64,000 bases of DNA from Methanobacteriota archaeon (lineage in GTDB: Archaea > Thermoplasmatota > Poseidoniia > Poseidoniales > Thalassarchaeaceae). The position numbers and the translations under genes were made by a program. The notes beneath the pieces are model-generated. The model did not search any database, was not told the DNA's origin, and saw only the letters and a list, made by a program, of their open reading frames with translations. Where the stretch lies: contig JAAZXI010000004.1 in assembly GCA_014240285.1 (NCBI GenBank), positions 1,476 through 65,475 on the forward strand. Reading direction: 5' to 3'. This document shows, in pieces, positions 59,020 to 64,000 of the stretch (positions are counted from its first letter, which is position 1; every line of letters begins with the position of its first letter).

Positions 59020-60003
59020 GTGCCGGAGTACAACAAGGACGACTTCACCGCACCGGTGGAGGACTACGACTTCTCTACTACAGACAACGTTCGTTCACTC
59101 ATCGATCAGATGGGGCACGCTGGTGGTTTCACCGCTACCAAGCTCGCGCACGCGCGCGATGTGCTTAGCGATGCGATGGTCAAGAGCGGTCAGGAAGGAG
59201 TTCTCAACTGGCTCTCGTTCCCGGCTTGCTTGTGTGCTACAGGGACTCGGGGATTCTTCCTCGAGGCGCTCAAGCGCAAGGCGTTCAACGTGGTCATCAC
59301 CACTTGTGGCACCCTAGACCACGACATTGCTCGCACCTACCAGGATTACTTCCACGGCGACTTTAACCTCGATGACGTCGCACTCGGAGAGCAAGGACTC
59401 AATCGGCTCGGCAACGTCATCGTGCCAAATGAGTGCTACGGCGAGATAATCGAGACAGTCGTGCTGCCATGGCTGGAGGATATCGAAGCAGAACGTACAG
59501 CAGAGAAGTCTGGCAACCCGTGGCTTGGCTTCGGCTCTGTCGAACTATGCTGGGCGATGGGCGACCGCATAGAAGACGAAGGGTCACTTCTTCACTGGGC
59601 GGCCAAGCACCGCATCCCCATCGTCATTCCCGGACTCTCCGATGGATCAATCGGTTCTCAGTTATTCATGCATCGGCAGAAGAGTCCGAATTTCATGGTT
59701 GATTTCCTCGCCGACGAGCAGATCCTCTCAGACCTCACCTGGACCGCCGAGGAGAGTCATGCGCTGATGATCGGAGGAGGCATTTCCAAACACCATGTAA
59801 TCTGGTGGAACCAGTATCGCGGTGGTCTCGACTCTGCGGTTGGTATCACCACCGCCCCTGAGCATGATGGCTCACTCTCAGGCGCGCGCCTGCGCGAGGC
59901 AGTCTCCTGGGGCAAGATTCGTCCCGACGCCCAACACGTGACAGTAGAGGGTGATGCCTCGGTGCTATTGCCCCTGCTTGGCGCCGACCTGTTTCGCGAT
60001 TAG
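59020..60003 (+). CDS. dys: deoxyhypusine synthase
   Basis: GGF.A..L, TCG.LDHD, NRLGN, DGS.G, IGGGISKHH, DGSLSGA..EAVSWGK, EGDA; GTG start inferred. Confidence 0.93.
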   Translation: MPEYNKDDFTAPVEDYDFSTTDNVRSLIDQMGHAGGFTATKLAHARDVLSDAMVKSGQEGVLNWLSFPACLCATGTRGFFLEALKRKAFNVVITTCGTLDHDIARTYQDYFHGDFNLDDVALGEQGLNRLGNVIVPNECYGEIIETVVLPWLEDIEAERTAEKSGNPWLGFGSVELCWAMGDRIEDEGSLLHWAAKHRIPIVIPGLSDGSIGSQLFMHRQKSPNFMVDFLADEQILSDLTWTAEESHALMIGGGISKHHVIWWNQYRGGLDSAVGITTAPEHDGSLSGARLREAVSWGKIRPDAQHVTVEGDASVLLPLLGADLFRD

Positions 60004-60066
60004 TGGATGAATAGTCGACTAAAGCCGTGCAAATGCATAAAGGCGGTCAGCAGAGCGGCCGCCTCT

Positions 60067-60249
60067 ATGTCCGTTGAAACGATGGTACAGGGAATGATTG
60101 ATGCACTAAACGATGCGCTTGGCGACGCTGCCAAGCACGACCGCGGTAACAGCGCCGCTGGGACCCGCGTAAGGAAGGCAATGCAGGGCTGCAAGAACGT
60201 CGCTCAAGACGTCAGAAAGCAGGTCCAGTCCGACAAGAACTCACGTTGA
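60067..60249 (+). CDS. small basic Hc1 / 'histone H1-like' protein
   Basis: 60 aa; DAAK...GNSAAGTRVRKAMQ..K..AQ.VRK resembles the recalled GNKAAGTRARK signature. Confidence 0.78.
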   Translation: MSVETMVQGMIDALNDALGDAAKHDRGNSAAGTRVRKAMQGCKNVAQDVRKQVQSDKNSR

Positions 60250-60250
60250 A

Positions 60251-60931
60251 TCAGTCGTTCCTGTGAGCGAATACCTCCATCAGTGCTACTCTCATGGAGA
60301 CTAGTGGGCGCCAGCCTTCTCCCCCGGCTTTCAGTAAGGAGTCATGCAAGGGCCCCAAATCTGGACGGAGGTCCTTGGGCCTGTAGCTAGAGGCTGCGGG
60401 GCTGGTGTCCTCAGTCAGAGAGTGAATCGTGTGACTGTGGTGCAGCGCGTTGGTGAAACGCGACCACATCAGTGTCATCTCGGCTAGCACTGACTTTGGC
60501 GTCCATGCCCTTCGTCCGCTCATGTCAATGACTCCTTGAATTGCGGCATCGGTGTCGGCCAGTATCAGCAGAGAGAGGGCATCAGTGGCGTCTCTGACGT
60601 GGACCCAGTGCCGTGCCTCGATGTCAGGAGGGTGAATGCCCTCCGCTCCATCCTTAACCCAGTCGGCCCAGTCATGGATGACCTCACTGCCCCAATCGAT
60701 GGCGCCTTCGGGAATCAGCAGATCGTGTATCCTGATTACCAGATCAGCCTCTCCGTGCTCGATGTGAGCGGGCACTATAGCGACGTCACCACTGGCGCCC
60801 TCGCCAATACCAACCGTGACCTCGGCCTCGCTGGGGTCATCAGTCAGCGTCGCCCCGGCACGGTGCAGTCTATCGGCCAGTGCATGGTAGAAGGCGTCTA
60901 CTGCGCCACTGATGTGGACTGTCTTCGGCAT
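60251..60931 (-). CDS. hypothetical protein, remotely like the C-terminus of NAD-dependent epimerases
   Basis: RHWVHVRDA recalls the epimerase R.F.HV.D motif, but there is no intact GxxGxxG. Confidence 0.6.
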   Translation of the reverse strand: MPKTVHISGAVDAFYHALADRLHRAGATLTDDPSEAEVTVGIGEGASGDVAIVPAHIEHGEADLVIRIHDLLIPEGAIDWGSEVIHDWADWVKDGAEGIHPPDIEARHWVHVRDATDALSLLILADTDAAIQGVIDMSGRRAWTPKSVLAEMTLMWSRFTNALHHSHTIHSLTEDTSPAASSYRPKDLRPDLGPLHDSLLKAGGEGWRPLVSMRVALMEVFAHRND

Positions 60932-60938
60932 TCTACCA

Positions 60939-62453
60939 CTATGCTACAGACTCTGCTTCGACACTCTCTGCCGCTGTGAACCGGCGAAGTCCATCGCGCA
61001 GGACGTCGATAATCAGGTCAATCTCGGCTGAGGTGATGGCGAAGTGAGGAGTGAACCTGAGGGCGTTCTGTCCGCCGTGTATTACACCCAACCCATTGAG
61101 TCTGCACCACTCCTCGACATATCCGAAGCCAACTACGGGCAGAGTCTCGGGGTCGAGTTCGGCGCACAGCAGCAGACCAGTCCCTCTGACCTTTGTTATG
61201 GCCCCAGGAATCTCCTCAGACAGCGCCTCGAGCTTTTGGACGAACTCGGCTCCGCGATTCCTGATATTCTGCCTCAATTCAGGAGTAACCCGGTCGAGCA
61301 CCGAGATTGCTGTCTCAAGCGCCCTAGGATTGGTAGTCATCGTGTTGCCATAGATGCCGACTACATACAGGCCAGCGGCCCTATCGGACAACCCAACGAC
61401 GGAAAGCGGGTACTGCCCTGCGTTGAGTGCCTTGGACCAAGTCTCCATATCCGGCACCTCACAGTCCTCGAAGCCATCATAGTCGACGATGCTAAGGCAG
61501 CCCTGCCCGCGCAGTCCAGCCTGTATGGAGTCGATGATCAGCATACTGCCGTGTGCCGTGCACAATGAGCGCGCAGCGTCGTAGAACTCCCTAGTGACGC
61601 ACTGGCCAGGATTGCCCTCACCCATCACCGGTTCCATCGCCATCAGCTCGATGTAGAATCCCTCGTCATCGGCGCGGGAAAATGCATCTCGCAGCGCCTC
61701 GACGTCATTGGGATCAACAAACATCACGTTGTCGCGGTCTCGGAAGGTCGCGAGGTTCTCCTCGTAGCCTTCACTGCACGAGTCGGAGATCATAGCTGGC
61801 CTCTGCGTTCTTCCATGGAATGCGTTGGTAAGAGCCAGTAGCTTGGTCGGTTTGCCCTCATGGCGTCCCCCCTCTTCGGTCATGGACTTCGTGTTGGCGT
61901 CTGCAATCCTCATCGAAATGGTGACTGACTCCGAACCGCTGTTGAGGCAGACGAATCGCGAGAACGGACAGCTGCCTCTACTATGGCCGACCTCTCTTCG
62001 CAGTCTGTCAGCAAGCCGCTTTTGACTGAAAGACGGGGTCATCACGTTGGCCATCACCCAGTTTTGCTGCATGGAGTGGATGATGTCATCAGGCCCATGC
62101 CCCATTCCCATCATGCCGTAGCCGCCGTTGTCATGCAGCACGGCCCCGTGTGAAGTAACGATCCACGGACCACGAGCTGCTATCGCGACGTAGGGGTTGA
62201 CAGTCGGGGCCGAGTAGAAATTCACGTAGTCTGATTGGAGCTCAGACACGAGATCAGATTCCTCCATTTTGAACAGCCTGTCTCCAAGGTCGCTCCTGAG
62301 GCTCTGGAAATTGTCCGAAGCCTCGTCAATCGCCCTATTCAGAGAGGGGTCCGACTCAAGGAAGTCACGAATCACCTCGTCCCTCAGGCCGACGGTCCTA
62401 GGCTCACCGGTACTGTGACGAATCTGTAACAGGGCTTCCATACCGTCTCCCAT
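60939..62453 (-). CDS. class III PLP aminotransferase, probably L-lysine 6-aminotransferase
   Basis: NSGSES, AFHGRT, EPVMGEG, DSIQAG, TWSKAL (PLP Lys). The N-terminus (VNFY..V.PY.A.AARGPW..GAVL.D.GGYGM.G.GH) recalls Flavobacterium lutescens Lat. Confidence 0.85.
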   Translation of the reverse strand: MGDGMEALLQIRHSTGEPRTVGLRDEVIRDFLESDPSLNRAIDEASDNFQSLRSDLGDRLFKMEESDLVSELQSDYVNFYSAPTVNPYVAIAARGPWIVTSHGAVLHDNGGYGMMGMGHGPDDIIHSMQQNWVMANVMTPSFSQKRLADRLRREVGHSRGSCPFSRFVCLNSGSESVTISMRIADANTKSMTEEGGRHEGKPTKLLALTNAFHGRTQRPAMISDSCSEGYEENLATFRDRDNVMFVDPNDVEALRDAFSRADDEGFYIELMAMEPVMGEGNPGQCVTREFYDAARSLCTAHGSMLIIDSIQAGLRGQGCLSIVDYDGFEDCEVPDMETWSKALNAGQYPLSVVGLSDRAAGLYVVGIYGNTMTTNPRALETAISVLDRVTPELRQNIRNRGAEFVQKLEALSEEIPGAITKVRGTGLLLCAELDPETLPVVGFGYVEEWCRLNGLGVIHGGQNALRFTPHFAITSAEIDLIIDVLRDGLRRFTAAESVEAESVA

Positions 62454-62732
62454 CGCTTTCGGGAAGGCCAATGCCCACATCAACATTCTCCGAAATCGGA
62501 TTCATAGAATCCGTACGGAACACCTCCGAAAATGGGAGAAACATGATTTCCGATAATCATACAAATAATCAAACTGACTTTAGTTTTCCAATTGAAAAAT
62601 TAGAGATAGGATGAATATTTCAATTGTATTATCAGTCTTAGATAACGGATAGTATAAGTGCCAAGGAGCCTGTTGGAAGAGCAGGAGAAATGCCCCGGGG
62701 ATGCACTTCTCCTCCCGCCAGGGAGGAATTTA

Positions 62733-63320
62733 ATGAGCGATGAATACAGAATACAGGAGTTAATGGAGAGGGACGTCTACGTAGGCGAGACCAGAGTCGG
62801 TGTGATTACCGGTGAGCGATTCCATCCACGCGACGAACTCGTACGGTCTATGCGAATCAAGGTCGAGGGCGACGTAGCTGAGGAATACATGAGAAAGCCG
62901 GCGGAGTTCGCCCCGCTTTCAAAGGAGCTGGTGCACAGCATAAGGACAGATGGTGGTGTGAAGCTATCAAAGTCAATGCGTGAGTTACAACGTAGGTGGA
63001 GGAACACAGTCAGAATCGACGAGAAACTGTACGCGCCCGATGAACTGCTCGACAGAGCCGTTCTCGACAACGACGGAATGGATCTGGGAAATGTGATAAA
63101 TCTGGTGAAGATCAAGCGGACCTACAAGGGACTAGTCATCCAGCCGCACTATATCGTGCGTGCCAGGCACGGTCTGCCCGAAACCATCGTGGTGCCGGTC
63201 GGTCAACTGGCGCGGACCACAGCGAGACTGGATGAGATCATACTGCGATGCACGATGAAGAGGCTGGTCACACTGCCCAGCTACCTCAAACTGAACGGCG
63301 AGGATTTAGAAGAGGAATGA
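62733..63320 (+). CDS. tandem PRC-barrel-like protein
   Basis: ELMERDVY....VG.I and ELLDRAVLDNDG..LG.V.....VPV..L....D.IIL. GGAGG SD before ATG 62733. Confidence 0.68.
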   Translation: MSDEYRIQELMERDVYVGETRVGVITGERFHPRDELVRSMRIKVEGDVAEEYMRKPAEFAPLSKELVHSIRTDGGVKLSKSMRELQRRWRNTVRIDEKLYAPDELLDRAVLDNDGMDLGNVINLVKIKRTYKGLVIQPHYIVRARHGLPETIVVPVGQLARTTARLDEIILRCTMKRLVTLPSYLKLNGEDLEEE

Positions 63321-63373
63321 ATTCGTCTCAGGAACATCTTGAAATCGGATTCGGTACTCGCACACCTGCTCAA

Positions 63374-63451
63374 GGGCGTGTAGCTTAGTTTGGCTGGAGC
63401 ACCCGGCTGATAACCGGGAGGTCGCAGGTTCAAATCCTGTCATGCCCACCA
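63374..63451 (+). tRNA. tRNA-Ile (GAT)
   Basis: Acceptor GGGCGTG/CATGCCC, anticodon arm CCCGG-CTGATAA-CCGGG, T loop GTTCAAATC, encoded ACCA end, no intron. Confidence 0.96.
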
Positions 63452-63507
63452 ATGAATCGAATCGGTCGGCAGAGTCATGAAGGGTCGTCAGACCGGCTTC
63501 TTGTCAC

Positions 63508-64000
63508 ATGCCGGTAGTGAGTGGCTCATCCGGCCGCGATGTGGCAATCTCTCTAGCCCCCCTGATGGGGATGCAGTACATCGAACTTGAGAGCCGCAGG
63601 TTCCCCGATGGCGAGGGCTATGTGCGGGTTCCCTCCGATGCTATCGATGCTGTACGCTCCGAACCTGTAGTACTGGTGTCAAACACCTACCCTGACTCAG
63701 GGATAGTGAATACCGTCCTGCTGTTGGAGGCGATAGCCGAGGTTCGCAGAGGTAATCTATCCAATCTCAAGGGCGAAGAGCCGCAGAACATGGAGGATGT
63801 CGGCAGCGGGGTCTACCTAGCTATCCCCTACTATGGATACTCCCGGCAGGATAAGCGCTTCTCGAAGGGCGAGGCCGTCTCCGCGCGCGTCATCGCCGAT
63901 ATTCTCGCACGTGGCTGCGACGGTATTGCCATCCTCGATCTGCATGAGCCCGCCGTGCTCAAGGACATGGAAGTTCCAATCGAATTCGTCAGCTCGATGC
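63508..64000 (+). CDS. prs: ribose-phosphate pyrophosphokinase, N-terminal part (runs off window end)
   Basis: Not in the ORF track. Manual translation gives MPVVSGSS...RRFPDGEGYVRV...IPYYGYSRQDKRF..GE.VSA...LDLH. Confidence 0.92.
   Translation, partial: MPVVSGSSGRDVAISLAPLMGMQYIELESRRFPDGEGYVRVPSDAIDAVRSEPVVLVSNTYPDSGIVNTVLLLEAIAEVRRGNLSNLKGEEPQNMEDVGSGVYLAIPYYGYSRQDKRFSKGEAVSARVIADILARGCDGIAILDLHEPAVLKDMEVPIEFVSSM

Noticed and set aside
60251..60931. Pseudogene of an NAD-dependent epimerase
   Set aside because: The frame is open with a normal start and operon spacing, and similarity is too weak to call decay.
63374..63451. tRNA-Ile as an integration site
   Set aside because: No duplicated tRNA 3' end or integrase noticed; the flanking genes look chromosomal.
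1..64000. CRISPR array, IS elements, integrase or provirus genes, rRNA
   Set aside because: No regularly spaced repeats or recognisable motifs were seen by eye.

Overview
GC-rich, gene-dense archaeal chromosome segment. Archaeal-type S2, Taw1/Taw2, deoxyhypusine synthase, geranylgeranyl reductase, long FKBP and stand-alone Lrp/RAM domains sit alongside bacterial-type uvrB/uvrC, orn and dusB and many large acidic surface proteins. This mix best fits a Marine Group II euryarchaeote (Ca. Poseidoniales); that is inference. About 55 CDS, one tRNA-Ile(GAT), and no CRISPR array, rRNA, transposase or integrase were seen. Best leads: (1) a three-gene translationally coupled operon (37449-41811) with two membrane-anchored Reeler/'choice-of-anchor V'-like surface proteins carrying non-canonical CxCH and CxxxCH motifs plus a DUF2231-like membrane protein, with an orphan ccmF about 8 kb away, which may form a cell-surface heme/redox module; the tip domain of the larger protein also shows a sharp GC drop; (2) an unannotated 51-aa ORF with a perfect SD, divergent from an HxlR regulator, with two copies of a palindromic operator between them; (3) an Hc1/'histone H1-like' small protein; (4) a wHTH-STAND ATPase; (5) a eukaryote-like TYW2 and a Flavobacterium-type lysine 6-aminotransferase. 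All family calls come from reading motifs and from recalled sequences; no database searches were run.
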